A stretch of DNA of 64,000 nt from Pelomyxa schiedti. Taxonomy: Eukaryota; Protista; Evosea. Under the pieces are notes generated by a model, which was given only the letters and a program-made list of their open reading frames with translations, had not been told where the DNA came from and made no database searches. The translations under genes and the position numbers were made by a program. Position 1 is the first letter of the stretch. Every line of letters begins with the position of its first letter. The DNA lies in assembly GCA_020536535.1 (NCBI GenBank), contig JAHLWZ010000819.1:1-64000 (forward strand), given 5' to 3'. Positions 28,503-41,900 of the stretch are shown piece after piece.

Positions 28503-30229
28503 TTACATTGCCTCTCCGTGGTGATTTGGCTGTGGGGGTGGTACAGAGGCAGGGAACACCTGCAATGCATTATCAAAGGATATTTGCGGGTCCATTTTCT
28601 GCACAAATCTGTGTTGAATAAGCAAAAAGGTAATGAAAGTAGAGTGGGTACCTGTTGGACTTCAACGGCCGGAACAACACTGCTAGGATGAGATAGGAGA
28701 AAAATTTTACACCTAGCTGTACTGGTACTACAACTTTTTGTCTCTTCCAGGCAGGAACGAAATGCATGGCCAGCACGATTATCGGGAGAGTTATAAACCA
28801 AAACGCGTATATAGCTCCAAAGACAACATAGAATCGACGGTTCGGGGCTCGTGTCTCAATCACAAAGGTTCTTGACACAATGAACAAGAATACAAACATC
28901 ATAACGATTCGGAGTGCTATTATAATGTATCCAGGTATGCTTTCATACACATCTGAAAAGAATGTGGGTCAGTCATAACTCGTGGGATACGTTAAGTAGG
29001 AAACGGTACATAAAGTGGTTGCAGGGTCAACTCCATAGAGCTTGTAGAAATAAAGGGCCAGGTACGCCAAGATAAACGGGAACCAAAGAAGAAGAAGCAA
29101 TCGGTGGTGTGTAAGTTTCCTTCCACTGATTTTGTACCCTAAAACGGTTAAATGCTTTGGCAACAGCAACCATTACCTTTTCCTAAATACAGGATCAACA
29201 GAAGAAATATTAATTCTGAAGCCATATCAAAAACTTTTGATATATGAGGAACATGTAAGGTGAAAGGTACCATACAATCAAAAGTGCTGACCAGTTCAGG
29301 GTACCCAATTCCATTAGAGTAGAAAACGCATACATGTATTGTCCAGAAGAAAAGAGCCATACTCTCTACTGCAACAACGGCGAGAAGTCTATCAGTTATC
29401 TGCTAGATATTTAAAACAAACCAAGACAGAAAGGAGACTAACGGCGTATTGTAATTTACCCTTGACCAGTAGCACTAATGATGCCACAAGAGCGAGTGTT
29501 AGACCCCAAAATAAGCCCATAAAAACGAGTACTTCCTGAAATAATCCTACTCTGAGTTGTAGAGGTGGGAGGAGTTGTGTGGTAACAGAAACAGGTACCT
29601 ATCTCATCTGCACTGAACTGAAGTCCAGAAACAGATGGGTTGATAAACGTAAAGTTATACCGTATATCTGGCAGCAAGTGGTTAGTTAAATTGGAGTACT
29701 TTTAAGTTGCTGAATACCAATAGATCCCCCAAGGCAGTTCGACGCTGCAATAAACCACCAGCGATCCCTGCCACCGTGAACGCGGACCCTTAGTGGCATA
29801 CGACCCTCCCCAAAGGATCCGGACGACATGTTCACCTTTTCCTCACATGTGGTTTCATCTCTGGTATTATAGACTGTTGGCCAGGAGTAGTCCATATCCG
29901 CGTAAAAATTAATGGCAGTGGAACCAGCAGTAGTAGTCACGAAATCAACGTCAGCATAAGCCCCTGTTTGCACGTGAACAAAGAGCGATCACTTCTCCCC
30001 ACAAAACACAAACAACTCTAGAAAAGGGGAAAGAAAAGAAAAGAAAAAAAAAAAAAAAGAAACCTTGGTTAAGGAAGCAAAACTTCTCCAGGAAAACCCA
30101 ATCGCCGTCATACGACTTGTGGTGTCTCGCAACCATACCCCAACAACAACGAACGGCCAACAACGCAAAAACCAGTGTCCTCAACACCGCTGTGACTGCC
30201 CCAATGCGGGTCTTCGACACAGCACCCAT
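28503..30229 (-). CDS. GPR180/TMEM145-like 7TM protein
   Basis: Signal peptide, WVFLEKFCF, RWWFIAASNC, QFSADEIG, YSNGIG, YESIPGY, FYVVFGAIYAFWFITLP, WKRQKVV. Confidence 0.85.
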
Positions 30230-30723
30230 TGCCAAAGCAACTTGTTTTGCTTTGTTTGTGTCTGGTTATAAGATCAAACGAAACGAAAATGTTGATGAAT
30301 CTGGAAGAGATTGGAGGCTCTGTCAGTCTGGAGGAGTGGGCATCGCGCCTCCAGTTGATGATGGAACCCGGTAGGTTTCTTTTCACCACGTAGAGGATCT
30401 GAACCTTCTGAGCATATGATCGATCCAGTGTCTATTTCCGCAACTGCAGAAAAAAATTAAACAAAAAAGAAACAAAAAAAAAAAAACTCACAAGCACCAA
30501 CACGCACCCCCTGGGCGCAACACTAGATCCGCACAAAGACGACCTGGAGCCAGTTGCGTTTGTTCTTCTTTTTTTGTTCTTGTTGTTTTTTTGTGTTGGT
30601 TGTTATGTTCCGGTTTCCCCTTTGTGTTTTTTTTTTCCCCCCATCTTTGTCTCCTTTCCCCTTTTTTTGTTGCATTCTATTGTCTATTACACTTTAAGAC
30701 TCTTACGAAAGTATGTTGTAGTG

Positions 30724-32754
30724 ATGACTTGTGTCAAAGCAAAGGAAGAGATCAAGCAGGCAATCGAGAAGCTCTCTGAGGAGACACTTCGAGCCTCCCT
30801 CGTGTGTCCGGCATTGTCCGCATCGAAGCTGCAGCGCATGCATCGCGCTAAGCTATCTGAGTTGTACTTGCGTAATGTTGTGCACACTGCCAACCAACAG
30901 TTCCTCAACGAAATTCTTACACAAGAACACCGTGTCCTCGCTGCACGTGCAATTGGTGTGCCTGTAGAGAATCTTGCAAGTGTTCTGGATGAGCACGACA
31001 TTCAGTACCTACTCAATAAATCAAGTAAAGAGCTGCTCAGAACGTTTTGTCAAATGGTGTGTACACAGTTCCAAGTATTTCTTTGATTTAGGTATTGCCA
31101 GTTGAGTCTAGAAGCTCCTGCCGAAGATACTGCGGAGATGGCCAAGATGATCGCCGATGAAGTAATGCTTACTGGCATGGAAACAATGCTTCAACAATTC
31201 ACTCCACAAGTGCTTAGGTTAGAACAAATTAAAAATACAATAAAAATACCAACATGACACAAGTCAGCACTCCAAAGAACTCGGTTTGAACCCAACTGCA
31301 CTTGAACCTGCTCCAATCATTGAAGCCTTTATGGTGGAAGTTTTTCAGTTGGAGCCCCATCCAGCAACTAGTGTGCCCACTGCAACCTCTGGAAGCACGG
31401 CTAGCACTACCTCAACAAAAGAAGTACCAGAGGCCCCTCCTGCAGAGACAACACCAAAGAAGTCTGCGCCATCCACTCCCAAATCACCAAGCAAAAGAAA
31501 AAGTTCTACTCACTCTGAGGACAAGTCAACTTCCAGACGGAGGAGTAAAACTGAGGAAACTCCAAAAAAGGGGGAAGAAAAGAGGAAGGAGGATAGAGAC
31601 AAAGAGAAAGCAAAGAAAGAAAAAAGGGAGAAGGAGAAAGAGAAAGAAGCCAGGGCGAAAAAAGATCAAGAAAAGAAAGGAAAAGAGCACTCAAAGAAGG
31701 GACACGAAAAGAAGACCAGCACATCATCCCCATCAAGAACAGCATCTCCAACAAGAACCTCAAGAAGCAGGTCTCCTCCAAAAAAAAGCACAACACCCAC
31801 CAAACCAAAGAAAACCAAATCACCAACCCGAAAATCCAAGTCACACAAAAAGCACAGTAGCAGTGGTTCTGACAGTGATAGTTCTTCTGATGTCTCACCT
31901 CCCCACAGTCGTAAGTCTGCTTCCTCTCACACTCCGAACCCAAGGTTGGGGTATTGGGGACCTGAGGGTAGCTGGGTGTCTCCCCCTCTCGAGTACATCA
32001 AGAAAGGAGTGTAAGTAGAAACACAAACAAAACAAAATAAATATAGCACAAACATCCTTACGCGTACACATAAAACTCACATGTGAAATCTCAGGTACAC
32101 CAAACAGACATTGAACAACAACTTCAATAAAGGAGACCTTGATAAATTCCTGGCACAGCATAATCTCCCTAGGAGCCCTAAGAAATCATCTGCCATCAAA
32201 GTCATTCTGGATTATCTCGATGGGAAACCACCCAAGCTCTCTTTGGTATCAACTATAATTCTTTCTCTAAAAAAAAAAACATAAGATAAATACCTATTTA
32301 TGTTACTGACATTCTTCAGCCAAGAAAACGTGGGAAAAAGGGGAAAAAACCCAAGAAGGGGAAAAAATCAACTACTGAACCTACTGCTGAAGGCGAAGGC
32401 GAGGGTGAAAGCGCTTCACCTGAAGATGAGTCAACTGAACCAAAAGCTGATGGAGACACCAAAGATGAAACTTCCCAAGAATCTGTTGACGGTGAAGAGC
32501 CAAAAGGCCCCGCAAGGAAGAAACCTCGAACGGAACCTAGCCAAGGAGAGCGAATGGCAGACGAGGCCCCTGCTTCCCCATCTGAAACTCCAGCTGCTTT
32601 GGACCTTCCTGCGAGCAACGGCACTGAGGGAACACACACAACAGAAGTTTCTTCCTCAGAACCCACAGACGCGGTCCCAACAGAACCTTCAACGGCCCCG
32701 GAAAGCACCCCCGACGAGAAGCCACCCAGTGAACAGCAGTCAAGTGACAGTTGA
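30724..32754 (+). CDS. Hypothetical protein with helical N-terminal region and K/S/E-rich low-complexity C-terminal half
   Basis: Consecutive GT-AG-bounded exons and biased K/S composition; the true start probably lies upstream via micro-exons. Confidence 0.65.
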
Positions 32755-32960
32755 ACTAATTTATGTAAGCTCCCATCACCGGACTTCCAACAACCAACAC
32801 TGAATACAGGTAGAATTTTCGAGTTGGCAGCTTGTGTGGATTGGTAATTTTTAAAACAAACAAGGATTTCTTCCTTCGCTTTGTTTTACTTATTTGAAAC
32901 AAGTACATACAAAACCCCACCTACTACATTACATTTGGTCCTCACTCAGTGCGGTGCCCT

Positions 32961-34765
32961 TCATTGGTTGAAAAGCGAGGTGAAGTTGATGAGGGAAAAG
33001 AACAACATGCAGAAGAAGAATGAGCCTCCTTGTTGTGCGCAGCCGGCCCACATGGACATATCCCCAAAGGGTTTATTCTTGTGGGTTTCAGACTCCTGTA
33101 CCATCCTCTCGTGTATTTGCATCCAATTCACAGTCTGTGTTTAGAAGTTGTTATTTACTAGGAGGTGTGGAGTTGTTTGTGCTTGCCTTGGTGTAGGCTA
33201 TCAGGACTCTAATGGAGACATAGACGAAAACCATGATGGAGCCACCAACGGTGGGGTTGTCAATACTGGTGGAAGAGAGCGGGAGTTTGTTAGAGGCAGA
33301 TAGCAAAGGGGGAAGAACAAGGAGATATACTCACAGAACTGGGTCTGGGGACATCAATGCGGCAGCGAGGATGTAGGGAAAAAAGATGAAATAGATTATG
33401 GCCACCAGGATCAGGCACACGGGTTTCTTCAGGATAAGTATTGGGACAAAACAGCCTAGTGGGGGAAGAAGAAGGCACAACAGTGACTGCAATTCGAGAT
33501 ATTGGTTACCGTAGGGCATGCAAGCGTAGGTGGATATCTGGAGTGTAGGCCACACAATCAATTGCGGTTAGCTTGACATGGAAGTGCACCTGAGTGAGGA
33601 TACCGTTTTCCATCCCGTTCAGAAGAAAGGAATTCAAGAGGAGCACCCAGAATTGATTATACCAGGAGATGACCTGAGGGAGACTGAATTTGAAAGAACA
33701 GTGCTACCACTAAGGGTTACTCACATTCTTGGAAGATGATATTTTAAGCTGCATATCATAGTTGACTGAAGGGAAGTCGTATACTGATTCTACCGCGGCA
33801 TTCAGCTTTGAAAAGCCCCACTGAGAAAGAACAATAGAGACCAAACATAGGAACGTCAACACCTGGACCAGGCATATGCACCAGAAAAAGATATCCACCG
33901 AGAATCGTTGATGATCGGTTCCAGGTGCTTGTACGAACCCTAGTATACTAGGAATGGCTCCACTAAATGCAACACCAAGCTGCATTGCCGATGTATACCT
34001 ATAAAGGAATTTTAGAATAGGCTTTTCAAGTATGAAACGATATGTGGAAATACCCGGATGATGGAAATAATGCAGAAAATGGGAAGTAGACAAGGGAGGA
34101 AAGTGTTGCCATGGCCGATTGTCCAGCGATCGCCAGTAAGAAGATCCCACTGTGCTGGGAAGAAAATGGGTGGATATTCCATGCACATGCAAGAATTGTA
34201 CACATAAGGACTCCCCAACTTTGCATTATTGCTTAACAAAGTGTTAGAATAGCCAACTGGATTTACATCAACACAAGCACACCAATTGTGGAACTCAAAG
34301 AAGCCTCTGGAGTCCAATACTGTTTTCCTTTGCTCAAACTAAATATAATATAAACATTATATTATTGCAGTCTTTCCAAGTATTTTAATAATAAAAGTCC
34401 ATTTAAAGAAGAAGCAGAGGGAAAAAAAAAAAAAAAAATAGAAAATACTTACCACAAGAATAACTTCGAAATCAAGACATAGCACAGAGGGCACACGTTG
34501 GCACACTCTACCGCCAAAACTATGTAAGAAGCAATGGCCCATCCCTCCGGCAGAACATTCGCAAAAACAGCCAGTTCAGACCACACGGCGTTTATCACCA
34601 GCCAGGAGCTCACCCCCACTCCCACAACAAGCCCATATAGCACCCAGCTGTGTGTTGTTGTTGTTTGGGTGTGTGGGGAGTGTTTGTTGTGTCAGTGACA
34701 CATGATTTGAATTAGTGATTGGGAGAGTACTTTCGCGGGCGGTGCTCGTACAACTCTCCTGGCAT
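32961..34765 (-). CDS. SLC52-like (riboflavin transporter family) membrane protein
   Basis: GVSSWLVINAVWSELAVFANVLPEGWAIASY, TLSSLVYFPF, RFSVDIFF, STYACMPYG, WAGCAQQGGS match SLC52A patterns. Confidence 0.85.
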
Positions 34766-35027
34766 TGATGTCTCTTGCTCGCACACTTGCGATTTCCCCG
34801 GACAAAAACCCGAAGATCGATCCGAACCCACAGGTGCACTCTTTTTTCGGGAGTGATTCACCTCAGAGCCGGAAGGGGGAAGTATTTGGCCAGAGGAAGC
34901 ATTCCGAGTGTAAGGGCACCACACCGGGCAACCAGCTCTCATCCGAAACAGGAACTAATTGTGGAGATACTCTTACATAGTCTCAAACAAGAAAGTTCGA
35001 TCAAAACTTGGGTTCCACTAAAGCTTG

Positions 35028-36793
35028 ATGATGGACTTTGAGGAGGCCGTGAAGAGTCGCGCGTTCGACAAAGCGGAGGAACTTGTCAAAGTACGTAAAT
35101 TTATTAGAGATTTTACAATCAATCGACAATATTTAAAGTAACAACAACGATGACAAGATAAACAAACTCAAGCACAACCTCTCCAACTAGGCGGAAGACT
35201 TCAATCCCAGTGCGCGAGCATCGGATGGGCGACTGTTTATCGAATTCGCGCTGGAGGCGTCGGCGATTCCTCTGGTCGAGTCGATAGCCCAGCACTGCGC
35301 TTCCAAAATTGATCCCATGTATCGGCCCTTTGCTAGCGCACAGTCTTTATTCGAGAGGCTGTTTAGATACAACGCGGCGGATGCTGTGGTCCACCTTGTG
35401 AACGCTGGTGTGGTGGACCCCGTGGAGACCGTTCCAAATTCTCAGGTACTCACTTGGGACTATTTGAAAATACTTTATAATCAAGGTAGAAGGTGGAGGT
35501 TTTCTTACGTACTTGGATTTAAAATAGAAAACTTGCTTGGAATATGCTGTGGACCAGCGCGCTCCTCAGGTTGTGGAGGCAATGCTTCTTAGCACTGCTC
35601 GCCGCGGTGTCAAGTTGGATCCACTCTATAGGCTCGCTGATGGAAGAACCATATTCGAGAAGCTGCATGATGCTTGTTCTGTGGAGCCTCGGCTATGTGC
35701 CAATTGCCTCCTTCTTTTCCAGCACCAAATGATCGAGCCCACGGCATACCTTTCCTCTGGCCGAACAGTTTTTGAATTATGTGCCAGCTGCTGTTCCACG
35801 GGCAGTGGTGGCGCTGGAGGAGGTGCTACCGGGAACAAAGATATGCTCAAGGGCATGGTTCAGTATTGTGGATTATCTGCTATGCAGAGAACCCCTGAAG
35901 GTCGTACCATTTTCGAAGCCTTGCTTGCTTGCGGCGCTGCTGATGTATGTGAGTTGCTTGTGAAAACACGTGGCGAAGCCGAGCTACAACGCAGAAAGAG
36001 TGTACTTGAGAGTGGCCAGCAACCAACTTGGACTGAGAATAACGATGACGACGACGATCCTATGTCATTAGCGGTCAATGCCATGTCTATAGCATCTTCT
36101 GGTAATTGCTTGTTTGAAGTTTCCCTGGATTGCAGAGCATTCAACGTTTCCCGGGCATTCGTTGACCTTGGGTCAACACTACACAATTTTAATGGTCTTT
36201 CCAGAGTTTCTGATGGAAGGACACTGTTTGAGCGCGCGTTTGATGCAGGGGGGCGAGATGTGGCACTAGCGATGGTGGAATCAGGTGCTATGACTAACTG
36301 GTCCTCATCTAGTGTTCCGCAATCCCCAGTACTATTGTCAGATGGGAGAACACTCTTTGAGCACGCGTTACGCAACTCCTGGTCTGAGCTTGGCCGCGCA
36401 GTGTTTCAGCACTGCTCCATTGACCCTCTCGCATTAATGTCACCAGGAATTACCTACCTTGATGCGGTTCTGGCCCGGTCCACCCTGCAGGGAATGGGAG
36501 ACGTTGCTCTCGCCATGGCAAAGTCACCTCTACTTGATCCAATGCGGCAAGCAGACGTGGCAATAACCGGCACTGGATGCGAAGGAGGCAAGACAGTTTT
36601 TGAGCGAGTTCTCGCACTCGGGGCACCGCCGGCACATGCCTTTGCTAGGCGTCTTGTTTACCACTGGGTGGAAACAGGACAGGTTCTACCCACCACCAAA
36701 CTTCCTGACGGCCGGTCCTGCATAGACCTCTGTCTGTCCTCCGGCGCTAAAGATGTTGTAGAGCTTATGGTTAAAAGGATTCTCTCCTCTTAA
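35028..36793 (+). CDS. Ankyrin-like tandem-repeat protein (DP..DGRTxFE repeats)
   Basis: About 12 repeats, mostly ~35-45 aa apart, with consensus hDPxxxxxDGRThFExxh. Confidence 0.75.
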
Positions 36794-36942
36794 CAACACC
36801 AAAAAAGAACTCCCTCAGTTATTATCCACATTGCACCTCTCTTTGAAGAATTCTTTCGAAAGTCGCTCCCTCCCTGCAGAAACCCTCGAAAGTTCAGAAA
36901 AACCGAAAAACCAAATTTCAAACGAAATCCACACGAGACAGA

Positions 36943-38852
36943 ATGAGCGCATCGACGCCGGCCGAGCATGCCGAGAGCGGGACGAGCAGCCAGCAGGCGC
37001 CGTACCTCCTCCGCGTCAGCCACGCGGCGCAGATCGTGACGGTGTGCGCGCACGGGGAGCGGCTGCTGCGCGGGGCGGACATGGACCGCCCCGCGACGGT
37101 GGCTGGGCCCGCGTCGGTGGTCGTGGGGCGCGACGGCGCGGTGGCGTTCGTCGGGGGCGACGCGGAGGTCGACGCGGCGGTGGCCCTGGCCCTGGCCCAG
37201 GCGTCGGGGGCGTCCTCGACGCCGACGGGGCCGCTGTACGAGGAGGAGGTGGACGCCACTGGCATGTCGATTGTGCCGGGGCTGGTGGACGCACACACGC
37301 ACCCTGTGTGGAGCGGCGACAGGGTCCATGAGTACATTCTAAAGCTAGCTGGTATGCTCTGTCTCTCTCTCTTTTTTTTTTGTTTTTTGTTTTTGTTTGT
37401 TTTTCTTTTTCTTTTCTTTCCCCTCTCACTATCTTTTGTTTTTAGGTGCCACTTATATGGAAATTCATCAAGCTGGGGGTGGAATTGGATTTACTGTAGG
37501 ACTTTACATTTGACTTTAGTGTCTTGTCTTTCTTAAAATCTTTTCGTGCAGGTTGGACACACAAAGAAGTCAAGTGAAGAAGAGCTTCGTAATCTGCTTC
37601 TGGAGAGGATGGACAGGATGCTAGCGCAAGGCACAACGCTCATGGAGGGAAAGAGTGGTATACTTTTTTCCATTCAATGGAAGTTTAGAAACACATTTTG
37701 CAGGTTATGGCCTGGACACAGAAACTGAGATGAAACTGTTAAAGGTTTCACATGACTCGAGAATTATCCTTGTTACCATTTCTCCTCGTATCAGGTGTTG
37801 CATTCTGTCAAAGGGAGACATCCCATTGAAGTTGTGTCCACATTCCTTGGAGCGCACTCGGTACCAAAAACCACAACTCCAGCCTTACAGACCGACTATA
37901 TTATTAATGACATGATACCCACTCTTGTTGTGAGTTATCCCCTTTCATTCTAGTTTCTACTATTTTCTAAAAGAAACCCCCAGCATCTTCGAGATCAAGG
38001 CGAGATTTCACCTGAATTCGTGGATGTATTCTTAGAACAGGGTGTGTTTGATTATGATGATACTGAGAGGATTCTCTTAGTATGTTTACCTGCTCATTAT
38101 TTGAGCCGACTTGTTTTGTAGGCTGGTAAAAAGGTTGGGATGGATATAAATTTCCATGGTGACGAGATACACTTCATGAGGGCTGGGGAACTGGGTGGTA
38201 AGCTTGGCGCATTGGCAATAAGTCACCTGGAAAAAGTATGTAAAATGCCACACCTTATTGGCTGAGCAATAACTTTAAAATAGGTCAGCCTGGAAGGTAT
38301 GCAAGCAATGGCTATACGACCTACATTTGCCGTTTTACTGCCAACTACTGCATTTATTCTTCGTATAACCCCGCCTCCTGCCAAGAAACTCATTGAAAAC
38401 AGTATGAGTGTAGTCCACATTTTTCCCCTCCAACTTGCAATCGAAGATGTCCCTGTCGTACTCGCATCGGACTACAATCCAAATGCACACTGCATGTCAC
38501 TCCCAATGACAATGAACCTTGCATGTGTACTCATGGGAATGACCATGAATCAGGCTCTCGTTGCAACAACCATCAATGCAGCAGGTTTTATTACCCCCAC
38601 TATTCCCAATATTTTACTGACCTTTGCACAACACACAGCTTCCATCAACAGGGCTGCTACCCATGGTTCTTTGGAACGTGGTAAAGTTGGTGACCTGGTT
38701 ATCATCAAGGCCCCTCGTTGGGAGCACCTTGTGTGTTGTACTAAACCAAATACATTACTTCTCACTATCATGTCACACAGGTCTATGAAATGGGTGACCC
38801 ACCAATTTACCGTGTGTACAAGAAAGGGAAGCTGGCATGGGCAAAGTCTTGA
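36943..38852 (+). CDS. hutI: Imidazolonepropionase (histidine catabolism; AMDHD1 family)
   Basis: PGLVDAHTHPVWSGDRVHE, ATYMEIHQAGGGIGFTV, GTTLMEGKSGYGL, FLGAHS, NFHGDE, SHLE, LLPTT, LASDYNPN, GSLERGKVGDL. Confidence 0.95.
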
Positions 38853-38947
38853 AGTGCTGGTGCCACCCAATAAACACACAACACCAAAAGACACTTTGGG
38901 TGCTGCTATCAACTTTATTCTTTAATTCTACAAGTTTTTTCCCCCTG

Positions 38948-41900
38948 TTAGGACTGGTTGTCCTTGGAATGATGGTGGCGGTGACTTGACTGTGGTGGTG
39001 TTGCTGGTGGTGTGGGTGTTGTGGTTGCTGTTGGTTGTGGAGATACTGGCCTGTTGGCAGGTGGTTGGGGTGATTGTGGCCGATTGGGGGGTGGTTGTGG
39101 TGACTGGGAGCGTGATGAGTGGTGTGAATGGGTGTGGGTGTGTGAGCGGGAACGGGGAGATTGTTGGTTGGGCTCGTGCGTTGTTGTTGTTGTTGCTGGG
39201 GGCAGGAGAAGGTTAGAAAGCTGCGAAGAAGATGCGGCGGCGGCGGCGGTGGTGGTGGAGGGGTCGGACTTGCGGGATAGGACATCAAGGGAACCTCTTC
39301 TGCTGAGCTTGGTGGGGTCGGAGGGTTGTGTGTCTATGGCTGAGCTACTGTGCTGGAGCTTCTTTAATTGTGGCTCTGGGGGTGAGTTGGGTTTGGGTTC
39401 TGAGCTCACTTCCGGTCTGTGTTTGGCTGAGGGTGAAGTGGGGGGTGTGGTTGAAGGGCTGGTGGAAATAATACTTGAAGGAGAATGAGGACGGGAATCC
39501 TCACTGGCCACTTTAGAGATTTGTGGTGATTTTGCTTTCTCATGTGGGGAACCTGTTCTTACTTGCGAACCGGATAGTTTCATTTGCTGAGCCTGTAACA
39601 GCAGTTGTGGGAGTTGCTCGTGTTGATCCGTCTGTAGTGTTTGCTGCAGTAACGTGTCTCTTTCTGAAAATTGGCTTGTTTTCGCTACAGCGGCCGCTCT
39701 TCTGGCTTTTTCTTGCAAACTTGTGCCCAATTTCTTCCTTTTTAGAGGTGTTGGTGCGGCTGATTCCTTCACAAGCCTCAGTCCGTCAGAAATTTTCGTA
39801 CAAAATTTCTTCAGGGCAAATTTGAATTTTTCCGTATTGATAGCAACTGTTGGAGTCTTATAGGGCACGTTTTCAATAGTGCCTGTCATGACCCTTTCCG
39901 CGTGATTCAGGGAAAGCTCAACATTTTCCTCCCAACCCTATGAAAGCGTCATTCGTAAAATTAAGGCCGATAACTATTACTTGGTCTTCTTTGTCATCAA
40001 CTACAGACGTAAAGTAGCTCTGAACCATAGCAAAATTCGGTTCATCCAGATTGAATTTTAGTCTGACAAAAAAAAAAAAAAAAAGGGTAAAAATGAATGA
40101 TGCAACAGGAAATTATACTTCAGAAGAAGCTGAAAAAGTTTGACAGAAGAAGATAGGTTGGCTGTAGCTTGCTGCAAATTCGTCTGTTTTTCCTTTACAG
40201 CATCAGCAGCACTTAGTAAAGCGGCATATGTATGTCTAAGGAGAATATCCAGATTATTCAGGGGGACTGAGACAGAGGTTTAGTGATATTTAAAAGGAGA
40301 GGGAGGAAACCAGCATTCTCATCTCTGAATCGAATCAAGAGTCTCCTTTCTATGACTCTGAATTGTGTTGCTACATTGGAGAGATGGGAGAGCGCTTCCG
40401 CATGTGCCTTCCGACACTGTGTTGCGGTATTAGCCTTTACATCAAGTAGAAAATAGCCCCATACTTGAAAATGGTGGTCCACTATTTGGAACAATTCTTC
40501 CAAGGGTAGTTGATTATCGGAGTTTGTGATCTTTGAGGATGTTTAAACAACTGTTTGTAGATGTGCTGGGTATACCTCAAAGTCGTCATCCTGTGTTGCT
40601 TGTTGTGAAAGACTTTCTGCCGATTGAAAAAATTGTCCTAGTCTCCTCACCAGTTCTTGAACAATTAGCCACATTGCTCCAAATGAGTCGGACTGTACTC
40701 GATAGCGAGCTTTTCTGGAGTTAGTGGAAGATGAAGTTTATATAGAAACCTTTGATTTTGGATGCAATGATTGTAGCCTCAGAGAAGGACCTAAGAACGA
40801 ACGATATGCTGTTGGCACTATCAGGCGAGGCTGGTGGTTGTTCCTGCTGCTGTTCCGAGTGGGCAATGTCATTGAAAAGCATCTTTAAATCGATAACAGG
40901 TCTGTTTGTGTCGAAGTGAACCTGTTAGCATGTTCAGAATAAGAGTAAACAGCTAAAGGGATGGGGCACAGTACTTTGAAATTTTGCAGTTTGGTGGGGT
41001 TGGAAACGGAGCAAAAAAGCGCCAATGGAAGAGGTATTTCTAGCTTTGAAACTCGAGGTTCACCCCTGTTTTCGTTTATTCACCTTTTCATTAGATTGAG
41101 AATGCCTTGGAGTTTGGTAAACAGCAACAACAAAGGCGCTCATTGATGAAGGTACGAACTTCCTTCCAAGCCAAATGTCGATTGTGTATGAAAGAGGAAC
41201 ACCGCTCTCTGAACCACCTACAAACGACCATAAGTACGAGAGAAAGCATTAGAGGTGGGATACCCATTATATCAACAGCATAAGATTTTTGGCTTGTTTT
41301 GAAAGGTTTGGGGAGACAGATGGAAATTCGAATTTTGGAAACACTGCCGGGTCCATTGTACAACACCGTTATTTGCGCATTGGCAATTGGTACTTGTTGG
41401 CCATCAGGAGCCTCGACTCTGTAAGAAATTTCGCAGAAGGAACCAAGACCATACTGAGTATCCGACAATAGACATATTTTCCAGCCGTATTTCTATTTTC
41501 TCTGGTGTCTCTACGCTAGCCACTGCACTCTAAGTCAGTGAATGAAAAGAAATATAACGAACCAGTGGAAAGCTCGGCACTCTTCACTTCAAGGGCAGAC
41601 ATTTCTTCTTGCATCATACCATAATCTGGATCTTTAACATCAGCTGGGGTGTTCACTACGGCAGAGGCAGGATCCGTTCCCAGGTACTGCACTGCCAACT
41701 CTCCAGATGATCCAAGAGCGGCAATAAGTCCCTGGAGCCCACTTGGTAGGAGAGAAATTTAGTCATTCAAGTAATGAAATACGAGATACCAAAACGAGCA
41801 AAGAGTCATTGAAACAGGCACAAATGGGAGTTTGGCAGCCCACAATAATTGCATATCTTTATACACATTCAAAACGGGCTCGTAGGTTGAGACCAACATA

